Positions 29,430 to 43,811 of a stretch of 64,000 bases of DNA are shown here, piece by piece (the stretch's first letter is position 1; every line of letters begins with the position of its first letter). The notes beneath the pieces were generated by a model that was not told the origin of the DNA, searched no databases, and worked only from the letters and a program-made list of their open reading frames with translations. A program made the position numbers and the translations under genes. Source of the DNA: the human T2T-CHM13v2.0 reference genome, Homo sapiens. Location: NCBI RefSeq assembly GCF_009914755.1, contig NC_060936.1; one strand, 5' to 3'.

Positions 29430-31720
29430 GAGACGTGGGGCGCACGAGGCCCCGAAGCTGGCCGCCCACCAGGCTCTAGGCCTCAGTGTGTTCAACTGCA
29501 GCACCGGCCCTTCGCGCTCGGTGGAGAAGGGGAGGGAGCGCTCCGGCTTCGGCCCCAGGAGCCAGCTCCCGCCCCAGCCTCCGGGGCCAGGTGGCCCCGG
29601 TCGGGGGGCTCTCTAGAGAAACGCCACACTCGTCCTTACACCCCGCGGAAAATCTGCCGCTATTTTGGACACATTCCTCAAGGCCAAAAGAAGAACGTGG
29701 CGGAGGGGGAAAGAGTTTCGAGTCTCCCACTGTGACCAAACTAAGAGGTTCCACCCTCGGGCCCCAGCTTTCTCCCGCCCCGGGAGAGGCCTCGGCCTCC
29801 GCCTCACCCCCGCGAGGGCCTGCGGGCCCCCTCGCGCCTCCACCTGACGCTCTGGAAGGCGGGGGCCGCCAGCCGCTGCCCACAGAGAACTCGCACTTTT
29901 TCGCTGCGCGATTCAGAACCACGCCGGGTCTGATGCCATCCGGCGAATTATGTAACCAGGGACACCGCTCCCGGGCTAAACAAACGCGGCTCTGTGTGTG
30001 CAGCGCCGGCCCCGGGGGAGCGCACCGGGCAGGGAGGGGCTCTGGCCGGGCCTCAGGGTCGGGCTTGTTTGCTCAGCGAAACTGGTCAGAGGCAGCCGGG
30101 AGGGAGCCCGACGCCGCCAAGGTCCCGGGGCCTGCGCTGAGCCGGGAACCCGCCACGTCTGGTGCGCCAGGGCCCGGGCCCCTCCCCCACCGCGACCGCC
30201 CCCGCCTCCAAGAGGTGAACTTGGTCCCAAGTCCCGCCGGACGCCGTCACCGCCAGCTAGCTGCCCGAACGACCTCGGGCTTGGGGGGGCCTGCAAGTGC
30301 TGGACTCCAGTCTCGGTTCCGTTCCACCTGGGGCTCCCTCTGTCACCTTCCTAACCCCTCCCCGCGATCCCGGGGCAGCCGCGCGCGGCGGTGAAGGAAA
30401 GTGACGACCCCACCCCCAACTCCGGAGGCGGTGGACGCGGAGTGGCCCAGTGCTTCGAGAGCTACCCCTCCGTCTCTCAGCCCCGAGGGGGAGGGGTTGC
30501 GGGACAGGGTGACAGCTGCGCCGAAGACGCCCTTTCCGCTCGGGCGCCGGGATCCCCGTGCAACCCCCACGGAGGTCTGAGTGCCAGCCGGGATGCGGGG
30601 GCGGATGGACCGGAGGGGTCCAGTCGGGATCGCTGGCTCTAAGCCCTGGAGGTCAAGGGCCGAGACCTGGGTTCGGGGCTGTGCTAGCCCCCTCCGCGCC
30701 CGGGGGCGACGCAAAGTTTTGGGAAGTTGCTGCCCCTACCTTGCTTGGTGAGCACCAGGGCGTCTTCCCTCCGCGCCTGGGTGATGATGGAGCCGTGTTC
30801 CATCTAACAATCCCGCGGGCCCGGGCTGGCTGGGCGGGAGGACGGGCGGGCGCGCGGGCTGGGCTGGGCTGGGGGGCCTGGGCGGGGGCCCGCTCCGGCT
30901 CCCGAGACTCCGACTTCCACAGCTGTTCACATCCCCCCTCTCGTTTCCTCCCCGGACCGGGAAGGGAGGCGGCCTGTACAAAGGGCGGGCGGCCCGGGCA
31001 GCGGCTCCCCCGGGTGCCCCCGGCCCCGATCCCCCAGCGGCAGCTCCGGGCTCCTCAGTTTGGGTCCAACATGGAGAATCCGGAGCGAAAACAAGAGGAG
31101 GAAATGGGACACGGGGCGGTTTCCAGGCTCCCCCCTCCCCTCCGTACTCCAGATAAACAACCCGCGGCTGCAGCGCCCACCCCCGCGCGCCTCCCGGCTC
31201 TCGACTCGGCCTCTTCACGGCCAGCTGGAGCTTCCCGCTGGGGGCTGCGTCCTAGGCCCTGGGACCCTCCATCTGTGAGCGGCCGGGGCTGCGGACAGTC
31301 GGGAGCTTTGCTATTTTGTTACGGAAAAAGCGAATCCTCAAGGGGGGTGGGGTGGCGGGCGGGCAGGCTGGCGGGGGAGACTTGAAACCGTTCCGGTGCT
31401 CCGATTGGCTCTCTTGGAGAAAAGGGGCGTGGCCCCTCCTTACTATGCGGTGAGAGGACCTAACAACATTCCAGGCGCCACGGCCACGCCCCCGGGCCAC
31501 TCCCCCCGCGCCAGACTGCGGCCTCCCAGTCTCCTCGGCCACACCCCCTTCCCAACTATTTAAAAGGCCGCTCCGAAGCTCACGTTCTGGTGCTCTGTGC
31601 TGGGGTGTTCTTTTCTCGGAGGGCGCACTCGGGGAAGGTGGAAAGGTTTCCCCCTTCAGGGGTGACCAAGACAAGCCGCTAAGCCTAACCTGACTCCAGC
31701 AGGGGATGGGGCGGATCGGA
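29430..31720. promoter_or_regulatory. CTDSP2: CpG island and promoter of CTDSP2 (TSS probably ~31100-31340)
   Basis: Very high GC and CpG density. GC/KLF boxes at ~31423 and ~31483; CCAAT (ATTGG 31404-31408); forkhead-like ATAAACAA 31153-31160; YY1-like CCATGTT near 31070. Confidence 0.9.
30740..30803 (-). CDS. CTDSP2: CTDSP2 exon 1 coding part (MEHGSIITQARREDALVLTKQ)
   Basis: ATG at 30803-30801; donor AAG|GTAGGG; 64 nt. All eight exons sum to 816 nt (271 aa plus stop). Confidence 0.97.
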
Positions 31721-31789
31721 AGTTACCTTACCCCCCTGCTTAGCCCTAGAATCAAGGACGTACCAAGTCACATAAAAGTACAACCGTCG

Positions 31790-32089
31790 AGGCCAGGCGC
31801 GGTGGCTCACGCCTGTAATCCCAGCACTTTGGAAGGCCGAGGTGGGTGGATCACGAGGTCAGGAGTTCAAGACCAGCCTGGCCAAGATGGTGAAACCCCG
31901 TCTCTACTAAAAATACAAAAAAATTAGCCGGGCGTGGTGGCGGGCGCCTGTAATCCCAGCTACTCGGGAGGCTGAGGCAAAGACTTGCTTGAACCCGGGA
32001 GGCGGAGATTGCAGGTAGCCGAGATCGCGCCACTGCACTCCAGCCTGGGCGACAGAGCGAGACTCTGTCTCAAAAAAAAAAAAAAAAAA
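31790..32089 (+). mobile_element. Alu (CpG-retaining) next to the CTDSP2 promoter
   Basis: Full dimer; TSD aaaagtacaacc(g/t)tcga. Confidence 0.92.
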
Positions 32090-33821
32090 GTACAACCTTC
32101 GAATCCCGAAAGGGGTGTGTGCGTGTGGGCGGACCTAGGACTCCAGAGTATAAGAGCTGGAACTGACCTCGGGACTGTGTCCCCCAAAACACTGAAAATG
32201 AGACCTGAGGTGCTGGGCTTTCCTCACACCCACCGACTTACTCCCATTTAGGCGGCCCCGACTCCGCCCCTCCTCCCTACCTCCCTCATCCTACCCCTCT
32301 CTTTTTGCCCCCACAGTCCCAGCTTCCTTTAGATGGATGGAGGTCTCTCGGAGGAGCTTCAGCTTTGTGGACTCAGGCTGCCTTCCCCACTTGCTCTTTA
32401 GGCCTCGGGGCACGCTCCGCTGGCTACAGCTCCTGGAGTCTCTGCTCAAGGTTGTGGGTGCTTTTGTTCCCCAGCGGTGGTAGCTCCAGAAAGGCTGGTT
32501 TCAGCTCAATATCAGGTCTTTTCCAGTGATCTACATCTGTCCACAGGTGACATGGGCTGCCTTGGGACAATGGTAGCTGTTCAAGTCAAGGCCGGCAAGA
32601 GTGGTGTAGAGTGAGATTGCACTGGGTGACTTCTGAGCTAAATCCAACCCCAATATTCTGTGATTCAGTGGCACTCACCCTGCCAAGGAAGGGGCTTCCT
32701 TCCTGCTGCAGTTCCCATTGCCCAACATGCATCAGGTCTTACTGATGATTAGAGGACAACTAGGTCACAGCTAAGCTTGCCAGGTACTATCAGACACCTG
32801 CTTCCTATGGTCCCTTCCTCATGAGGACAGGTGAGGTCATGATCTGCATATGCCTGTGTGCCATACAGTGATCATGTGTGCCTGTTTCTGCTGTTCCTAC
32901 GCACGTATACAAAACCTTTTTATATAACATCATTTTAATGGAAATGCTGTTTTTCCAAAATGAAAGTGGCTGTTACAGATCTGAATGATGCTTATGTAAC
33001 TTTAAACACTGAATTTGGGTAGATCTTAATTCATTAACAGAAAGGGAAACGGAGGAGTTCTGACATACCCACCTCCCATCATTAAAACAATAGGATCTTT
33101 AAGGTAAATCTTCAATAGTCAGGTTGCTATGGGGGCCTTTTTAGACCCTTCCCCTGCCCTCTTCTAAGGTAGATTAGTTGCAGTGGGAGGAATGCAGGCA
33201 GGAGCTGAGGACTGAGGATTTAGAGGGGCCTGCTACCCATAGCACTGTAGGGCAGGACACTTCACTTCGTTATGCTTCCATTTCCTCATCCATAGAGACA
33301 ATACCTCCCCTTTTGTAATTTACAAAGTACTTTCACATATATTATCTATTTCATTTGATCTCTCACTTCTTTGAGGTTGATAGAGCAGATATTATGCCCA
33401 TTTTTATAGATGCCTGTTTTGTAAATGAGGAATTGGTCTGGGAAGGTTAATTGACTCACCTGAGACCTCACAGCTTGTTAAGAAGAGGAGACAGGATGTC
33501 TTTGGACTTTAAGACTAGAACCCTTGACACTTTAACATAGTTCCCTTCTTATCTATAGGATGGAGGAGACACTAGAACCTATCGCTCTCTTTTCCTGCTG
33601 TGAACTCCAATTGCATCACCTCTCCTGGAAGCCCTCCCAGATGCCCGCCCTCATGTCAGGGTTTTATAGCCTCATACATACTCTCTCAGACCACTTGGCA
33701 CCCTATCTTGCAACTGTGTGCTTATTGGCTTCCCAACCAGAAGGTGGATTGAGACTAGGGGATGTCTTATTCTTTACTGGATTTCTTGTGCCTAGCAGAG
33801 TGCCTAACACAGAACAGGTGA

Positions 33822-34117
<296 letters not shown>

Positions 34118-35869
34118 TTGACTTTATGTCTGAACCAGTGTTCTTTTGTCCAGGGATTTGTTCAGTGACCTACAGCAAGAAACACATTTTATGTTGTGAG
34201 ATAAATGATACAAAAGTTTCATGGACAATACTTACCCTGGCTATGTGTGCACACTCATATTTTCTATTGCACGTATTGTGTTCTATTTGATGGTTTTAAG
34301 GTGCCAGCCATGACCTTTTAAATTGAATTCACAAACCACCACCGGATTGTGACCCAGTGTTAAAACAATGCTACTTTCACTCCTGGATGCAGTAGATGCC
34401 TTCATGTGTGTCTCAGGGCTCTGGCTGTCCCTGAAAGATGCAGAGGAGATGGTCCTCAAGCATTTCTTGCTCTGAGGTCAAAGAAAAATTTATGTATAAC
34501 AGATAGAACCCCTTCCAAGGCCAGAGGCACAAGGGTACAAATAGAACCCAGCAAGGAGGGGTAAATGAGGGAGGAGGGGCAGTTCCCAAGAGGCCTGGTG
34601 AGGACCCCTGTGCTTCCAGAGACTACAAAAGCAGTGGAGGCGCTACTGGAGCCTGGAACCCCAAACATAGGTGGGGCTTGCTCTCTTGATGCCACAGGCT
34701 TCTCACTGCTCTGTCCACAGATGACTAGGAAAAGGTCTGCACTCTGGAAAGCTCTGTAGGGTCATGGTGGGCCTCTTTCCTATAGTTGAAGTGGTGAGGG
34801 TGGTGGGAGGCAAGTGGACCTTCTAACTTCTGCCTAAAATAGCCTCAAAAATAACATCCTGCCTACGGGGCCTGGGCCAGTTGCTGGTTGTGTAACTTTA
34901 GGTGGTTCATTTTAGGTGGTTCAAGGGAGATAGCTGAAGCCAGGTCTAACAACTCTCCCAGGAGAAAGCCCACTGACTCTCACTTGGTTCCCTACCTGCT
35001 GTATCCCCTTTCCTCTGGCCTCTCTGACTGCATGGTTGGTAAGAGGCAATTTGGAAACAACAGCAGTGTCCCCATTACCCCCAAATGCTAGAATGGGGGG
35101 CTATGTGGGGCAAACATGGAGTGGCTGTCCCTGTCTGTCTCCTGCTGTGGCTACTGAAGTCGGACTGGGTGTCCCGAGCCAAGGCTGGCGAAAGGGAAAC
35201 AGCTGGAGGAGCTTCCTCCATGGGAGATGCCTAATTGCCCTTTTCCCCACAGAAAATAAGTACAAGGTTGGGCTACCGACCTTTCATGATTATCTCTGAT
35301 GTCACTGAAATATTACTTTTTTTCTTAAAAACTTTTTTTTTAAAAAAAGGAACACATTGATTTTCTTGGTTTTTCTGATTGTCCCTGCAGTCTCAGTTCT
35401 GCTTTGTATTGTTCATGAGTAGGTGGATGTCAATGCCAAGATTCCAGAGCTTGGTGCCCTCCTGTCACAAGGCTTGTATGGTATGGTCCTGTCCTGGCTT
35501 CCCAGGGCAGAGTATCGGGGCTGAGATGGGGTGGGGTGAGGGAGAGAGACCCAGTGGCTAATGACTGAACTGCTGTGAGGGTGCCAGATGCTGAGGGCTG
35601 CAGAGGGAGGGAGGAGCTAGTGGTAGCGGGGATAGCTCCTCTGTGCAACAGCGTGGGAAACCTCACTGCCTGCAAGGTGCAGGCATGCTCATCACTCCAA
35701 CACCACCGCTTAATTACTTAACCTCTTGACTCAGTTTTCCCTTAAGATGGAGCGAACAATAGTACCTACTTTGTAAGTTATTGTGAGGATTAAATGAGAT
35801 GATGTATGAAGTGTTTATGCCTGAAACACTGAGTGCTTAATAGACACTATGCTCATCATCATCATTCTC

Positions 35870-36650
35870 CTTTCCTCCAAAGCTGTTCCTTCTGCATCCA
35901 TCATCTGCCCAGTTCCCCAAGCCAGAAACCTGAGGTCACCCAATTCTCTCCCACCTAACTCATGCCTACCCCCTATCAGTCCTGAAAACCAATGGCTCCT
36001 CCACTCCCAAAGGTTTGTCAGGCCTTTTCCTTCTTTCCATTCGCATGCATGACTGGCTGCTGTGTCAGGGGAGGTTGGCAACAGGCTTCTCATCAACCTT
36101 TTTCATTCTCTACATCCCAAATTCAAATCCATTCCCAGCTCTCCTAGAAAATGCAAATCTGACTCTGTCTTGTCCTGATCCTGTCTGTATGGAATGATTC
36201 AGCAGTTCCCTGAGACTTCCAGAAGGAAGCTTAGATGCCTAGCTGGGCACCCATGGTCCCCAAGATCTATCTCCTAGTCAGCCTGCCCACCCCATCTCCA
36301 GCACTTTCCCCCACAGCCCCCTGTGCTCCTGTCAGGAGGAACTAAATGCCTGGGATCCTGTTACTGACGTCCTATGCCTCCCTACCTTTGCACAGGCAGT
36401 TCTCTCTGCCTGGATGCCCTTTCCCCCTCCTCTGTGAGCTAACTCCTTATCCTTGAAGATACAATTCAAGTGCCACCTCTTCCTCAAATCCTCCCAGGTC
36501 CCAGTCTGACTTAGAAGCTTCTTGGAGCGCCTGTATTTTCATTCTGGTTTACTTGTCTGTTCCCCCACTGCAGTGTAAGCTCCTTCAGGGCAGGCGCTGT
36601 CTCTTTTTCTGCGCACCCCTAATGCCTCTCACAGAGCCTGGCACACAGTG
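35870..36650 (+). mobile_element. L2 fragment (3' end)
   Basis: tgtaagctccttcagggcagg...gcctggcacacag L2 terminus; pyrimidine-rich body. Confidence 0.65.
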
Positions 36651-36899
36651 CTCTGTTGGAAACCAGTTCCAGCGGGCACCTTCCTTTCTGGGCACTGCTG
36701 ATCTCCCTGGGGCACTGAGCCTGGGAGGCGGGATGCCAGCCTCCTAGGCACTTTCTCCACAAGCCAGTCAGTGATGGAGTTTCAATTCAGGGCACAGCCT
36801 GCCAGCACCCTGCCCATCACCCCAGGCAGCAGCAAGCCGCCCAGGAGTCAGATGAAACAAGACCGAGGCCAACTGAGGCTTGGAGAAACCCACAGGCAC

Positions 36900-37730
36900 A
36901 CCTTGCCTTAGCATTCAGGAAGCGCCTGGGGCGGATGAATCCGGAGCAGCGCAGCCCCCCGACCTTCCCACCCCCACAGTCAGTGTTGGGGAAGTGTGCC
37001 ATAAGGACAAAAATAACTACTGGGGGCCAGAGCCGGCGAGGTTGGCCGGGATTCCTGCCTCCCCTCTACCCACATCGGGAGCAGCCCCCTAGCCTCGCCC
37101 CACCCTCCGGTCCTGGGCGGCCACGTGACCTGCGCCCCAAGCAGCCACTGAAAGCCTAGCTCCAGCCCTTCTCCTAAATTGGGAAGCGACGAGACCCGAT
37201 CGAGTTTCCCGGCCGGTATTTACATGTTCCCTATTTACAGACCAAACCTCCCTCTTCCCACGCTCCTCCCTGCTCCGGCAGTGGGCAAAGGAAAGAAGGG
37301 GCCTCTCCTGTGCCCCACCCCCACCTCTCCAATCCTCTAGCCCGGGTGCTCTCCGCCCTTCCCTCCCTCCCTTCCCCGCCGCCTGCTGGCCCCTTTGGGG
37401 GCACAGCTTAGGTCGCTGTATTCCAAAGCCCGGGTGGCTCTTTGAGGTCAAGTGGCGTGGTGGGGGTGGGGAGGGGACCGCCCTGACCGGGGCGGGCGGC
37501 CTTGAGGTCTTTCAGTGATCAACAGATTGGGGGCCCTTCTCCCGAGACCTCCCGGGGGCCAGCTTCGTTCTGGCCTCAAGAACTCAGTGGGGAGGCAAGG
37601 CAGGTTTTCACCCTCCAGCGCCTGCGGTGCTAAGCGGTCCTCCAGTCCTCCCTGTACCCCCAGCCCAGACTGCATACCCATCCTACTCGAAGACACTGGC
37701 TGGGAGTCACCGGGGCACGTGAACTTGAAG
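36900..37730. promoter_or_regulatory. CpG-rich upstream element (candidate enhancer)
   Basis: Local CpG retention; CACGTG at ~37122 and ~37716; TATTTAC twice (37217, 37232); GC boxes at ~37490. Confidence 0.6.
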
Positions 37731-38569
37731 GACTAGAATCTCAACTCTTGGCCTGCAAAATGGATGGGAAAGTGAGAAGACTGGGAAGGGCCAGCCACTT
37801 AGTTTAGGCCAAGATCTATCCTTGTCAAGCAGGCCAAAGTCCAGAGCTAACTGGGTACCCTCTGTCGAGCCTGGGTCCTAGACCTCTGAGAGCTGTACTT
37901 TGGGCCTAGGGAAAGGGAAACTGAGAGAGGATTGATTTCCTTCAGAACTGGGTAGACAGATATTCCCCAAGCAGCTCATTCCAGTATAGTACAAACTCAG
38001 ATAGCTAGCAAAGCCCTGGAAAAGCCAGCCACCATAGCTAAGGCAGGAGGATTGCTGGAGCCCAGGAATTTGAGGCTGCAGTGTGCCATGATGGGGCAAC
38101 TGCACTCCAGCCCATGGGACAGAGCAAGACCCATCTCTTAAAAAAAAATTAAGCCCTGTACTGGAGCTGACCCTGGTCACATGAAGGGGCCCTGGCTTCT
38201 TTATGGGGTTGAGGCAGGAGTAAATGAATTGGAAGTGGAGCACTGGCCACAGCCAACTTATTTGAGAGGGTGTGACCTTGTAGGAAAGAGGGAGAGTAGA
38301 TGGTAGAATGGAGATGGCAGAGAGAGGCAGACTTTAAATATTGAGGGGGAGCCTGCATTTTTTGTGACTAATTAATTCACTCAAATCCTTTTTGAGCCCT
38401 TACTAAAAGTGAGTCATGCATTCATCTATTTGCATAATTACTGACTCCTTAACCATGCACCAGGCCCTGTCCTGAGCCTACAGTGAATAAGACAGAGTTT
38501 CTGGCCTCATGGAACTTACAGTCTAACAGTGAGGGGCAGTTATGATACAAAGTGCTAAAGGCTCCAGCA

Positions 38570-38700
38570 GGGAAAACAGAGGAGGAGGGGGCGGGGAGGA
38601 GCAGAGGGAAGGGGAAGAAGGGGAGGAAGGAGGAAGAAGGGGAGGAGTGCGAGGAGGGAGAGGGGGAGGGCAAAGTGGGGATAGCTCAGATGAGTGGGGA
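38570..38700 (+). repeat. GA-rich polypurine low-complexity tract
   Basis: ~130 nt almost entirely G and A. Confidence 0.8.
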
Positions 38701-38869
38701 GAGCAACAGCTATGGAGGAAATGTTATCTGAAGTATAAACTAGAGTTCAGCATTTGGAAGGGAGAAGAGGAGGGAAAGCTAGCCTTCCAGGTAAGGGGCA
38801 CTGTGAGTACCTGTAAAGCCTTAAAGGCATGTTGTAGACACTTACTTTTAATTAATTAATTAATTAATT

Positions 38870-39859
38870 TTTGAGATAGGCTATCCCTCCATTGCCCAGG
38901 CTGGAGTACAGTGATGTGATCACAGCTCATTGCTGCCTCAACCTCCTGGGCTCAATCAATTCTCCTACCTCACTCTCATAAGTAGCTGGGACCACAGGTG
39001 AGCACCAACACACCTGGCTAATTTTTAAATTTTTTTGTAGAGACAGGGTCTCTCTGTGTTGCCCAGGCTGGTCTCGAACTCCTGAGCTCAAGCAATCCTC
39101 CCACCTTGGCCTCCCAAAGTGTTGGGATTACAGGTGTGAACCACTGTGCCTGACCTCTAGAAACTTATAGTTCAGTACAGCCACCCAGTTGATGGCTGCT
39201 ACAGGAACAGGAGGAGATGGAGAAATTGCGTTTGTGAGTGGAAGAGGGTTAAGCTGGTGATGAATAATACCTGTCCAGACAGGGTGAGGGTGGAGGAATT
39301 CCTGCTCCTTTGGGTCCACACAGTCCTGCAGGTGTGCTGTAGTGGAGATTGTGGCACCAGAGTTATAGTTGCTTTAGAAAATCAGTATTTATTTTATCAG
39401 GATAATACATACACATAGCTGAAAAATCAAATAGTGCTAAAAGACTTGTAACGCAAACAGAAGTCCCCCCGGCTTTTCTCCCAGCCCTTATCCTAGTCCC
39501 TAGGGTCAACTGCTTTCAATTCTCAGCTGTTTTTTTTCTGGTATTTCCTTCCTTATTTCTACTTTTTTTTTTTTTTGAGACGGAGCCTTGCTCTGTTACC
39601 CAGGCTGGAGTGCAGTGGTGCTATCTCGGCTCACTGCAACCTCCGCCTCCCAGGTTCAAGTAATTCCCCCTGCCTCAGCCTCCCAAGTAGCTGGGATTCT
39701 AGGCGCACACCACCATACCTGGCTAATTTTTGTAATTTTAGTAGAAACGGGGTTTCGCCATGTTGGCCAGGCTGGTCTCAAACCCAAGACCTCTGGTGAC
39801 CCACCCGCCTCAGCCTCCAAATGTGCTAAGATTACAGGCATAAGCCACCATTCTTGGCC
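38870..39859 (-). mobile_element. Two reverse Alus (AluJ 38870-39155; AluS 39563-39859)
   Basis: Reverse Alu consensus; the second has TSD cttatttcta. Confidence 0.88.
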
Positions 39860-39972
39860 TCTTATTTCTAAATAGTATATGTACTGCCATTCTGGATTCA
39901 TCTAATTTGTTGACTTCTTGTCTTGGTAGTGGAGGATTTTGATTCTCTACTCGCTTCTTCACCTCCCCCACT

Positions 39973-40403
39973 TGTCAGGCCTCTGAGCCCAAGCTAAGCC
40001 ATCATATCCCCTGTGACCTGCACGTATACATCCAGATGGCCTGAAGCAACTGAAGATCCACAAAAGAAGTGAAAATAGCCTTAACTGACGACATTCCACC
40101 ACTGTGATTGATTTCTGTCCCAACCTAACTGATCAATGTACTTTGTAATCTCCCGTACCCTTAAGAAGGTTCTTTGTAGTTCTCCCCACCCTTGAGAATG
40201 TATTTGAGAGATCCACCCCCTGCCCGCAAAACAGTGCTCCTAACTCCACCACCTATCCCAGAACCTATAAGAACTCATGATAATCCACCACCCTTTGCTG
40301 ACTCTCTTTTTGGACTCAGCCCGCCTGCACCCAGGTGAAATAAATAGCCTTGTTGCTCACACAAAGCCTGTTTGGTGGTCTCTTCATACGGACACGTGAG
40401 ACA
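39973..40403 (+). mobile_element. Solo HERV-H LTR (LTR7 family)
   Basis: TGTCAGGCCTCTGAGCCCAAGCTAAGCCATCATATCCCC start; ends ...GAGACA; 5-bp TSD CCACT on both sides; TATAA ~40266; AATAAA 40339. Confidence 0.93.
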
Positions 40404-41286
40404 CCACTCACATTATGTTTATATCATAATATATAGTTAAATCCATATTCAGTGATTTCATTATTGAATTTGTAAATATTGTTTATTCTTGAGGCAAGTA
40501 TTCTGGTTACATTTCCTTTTCTAAATAACTTTGTCATATACTCTGTTTATATTTCCTTCCTTGTACAACCTTTTTGTTTTTTCTGGAGTTAATTGCCTCA
40601 TTTTTAATTTGCTTGGTTTTTTCTTTGAATCTCTGGCTCTGTCTTCCCACACCCTTCAACAGTTCTGTAAAACGCCCTCTCAGTACAATTTTGCATATGG
40701 CCAAACCTGTCATATAATCTTACTGGTTCTCTTCTTCCCTTGGAGACTTTTGTCCTGGGGTGCCCCATCCTTGCACTTTCCTCTGGACGTGTTGCCCTCT
40801 GGGCTGTGGTACACCTGTCATCCTGGGTTTCGCATCACCTTTGCCCTTGTCCTCTTTCCTGGACTCAGTGTTTTCTTCTTTCTTGGTTTACTCCCTTGTT
40901 TTGGTGAAGCACATCCTCCAGTAGCTTCCTGAGAAAGAGTGCCTGGGAGGTAACATTTTAGACTTTCGTGTTACTTAAAATGGCTTTATTCCATCCTCAC
41001 ACTTGATTGATAGTTTTGGCTGGGTATGGAATTTTAAGTTGAAAATAATTTTCCTTCAGAATTTTGAAGACATTGTTCCTTTATTTTTCAGCTTCTAATT
41101 TTGCAGTTCAGAAGTTCTTGCCATTTTGATTTCTGAGACTTTGAATTCACCTCCGCCCTTCCCCCCAACCCCCACTTTTAGGATTGTTTTCTTTTATCTT
41201 GGCTATCTTGAAATGTCACAGTATATTGCTGTGGGTTGCTTTTCATTCATTTTTCTGGGTACTTGTCAGGTTCTTGAAATCTAATA

Positions 41287-41475
41287 CAGTGGTTCTTAAA
41301 GTGTAGTCCCCAGTCCAGCAGCATCAGTATCACCTGTGGGAACATGTCAGCAATGCAAACTTGGGGCCCCACCTCACACCTACTGAATCAGAAACTCCGG
41401 TGATAGGGCCCAGCCATCCGTGCTTTAACTAGCCTACCAGGTATTCTGATGCATGCTAAAGCTTAAGAACCTCTG
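41287..41475. mobile_element. MER5A (hAT-Charlie MITE)
   Basis: cagtggttctt...aagaacctctg termini; cctactgaatcagaaact core. Confidence 0.8.
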
Positions 41476-41738
41476 TCCCAAAACAATTTATGTACTTTAG
41501 TTCTGGGAATTGCTTTATAATTTCTTTGACATTTCTTCCTCCATTTTTCCTGTTCATTCCTTCGGCATCGCTGATTACTTGGATGCTAGGCTCCTTGGAT
41601 TGATCCTCTAATTTTCGTATTATTTCTCTCTTATTAACCATCCCTTTGTTCTGTTTTCTGGTAGGTATCCTCTATGTTATATCCTAATCTATTTGCTAAG
41701 TATATTGTTATTACTCTTTTTATTTTTTCTTTATATAA

Positions 41739-42350
<612 letters not shown>

Positions 42351-42369
42351 ATTTCTTTTTCTTTCCTTT

Positions 42370-43016
<647 letters not shown>

Positions 43017-43441
43017 TAAGAAATAGTTTTCACGTCCTTTGGACACATGAATTATCTCTCTGAGGATATTAACTTGAATTTTTCTTCCCCCTGTGTTTTG
43101 ATTTGCATCATGCTGGAGGCTTTCTTCAGAGGTCTGGTGTTCCTTGGCTGTCCACTCCTGTTGAGAGGGAGGCTTTAGAGATCCGGTTGGAAGCTCTCCC
43201 TGTGGGCTCACAGTAGGGCAATCAAGTGGCTGGCTGGACTCCTTCATTGGAGGGTATCAATTGTCAGTGTTAATAGGCTTTTTCTCTGTCACATTTTGTT
43301 TTTTTCCAGAAAAGAATGATCTAGTTTCGTCTCCTGCTTGAAGGTTACAAGCCCCTCACCCAGAGTTCTAGAGCCAGCTATAGTGTGGGAATTAGAGAGG
43401 TGTGTGGCAGGGAGACCGGGTGTTATTGTTCAGATGCCGAC

Positions 43442-43811
43442 TGTATTAGTCTGTTCTCACACTGCTAATAAAGACATACCCAAGATTGGGTAATTTATAA
43501 AGGAAAGAGGTTTAATGGACTCATAGTTCCACATGGCTGGGGAGACCTCACAATCATGGCAGAAGATGAAGGAATAGCAAAGGGACTTCTTACATGGTGG
43601 CCGGCAAGAGAGAGGAGAATCAAGCGAAAGCGGAAACCCCTTATCAAACCATCCCATCTCGTGAGACTTATTCACTACCATGAGAACAGTATGGGGGAAG
43701 CTGCACCCATGATTCATTTATCTACCACTGGGTCCTTCCCACAACACATGGGAATTGTGGGAACTACAATTGAAGATGAGATTTGGGTGGGGATACAGCC
43801 AAACCATGTCA
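43442..43811 (-). mobile_element. Solo THE1 (MaLR) LTR
   Basis: tgtattagtc...aaaccatgtca termini; 5-bp TSD CCGAC on both sides. Confidence 0.9.

Noticed and set aside
29476-31385. Long ORFs in the CTDSP2 CpG island (302 aa, 275 aa, 160 aa)
   Set aside because: Pro/Gly/Arg/Ala-rich products of stop-poor GC-rich DNA, overlapping on both strands, with no recognisable domain
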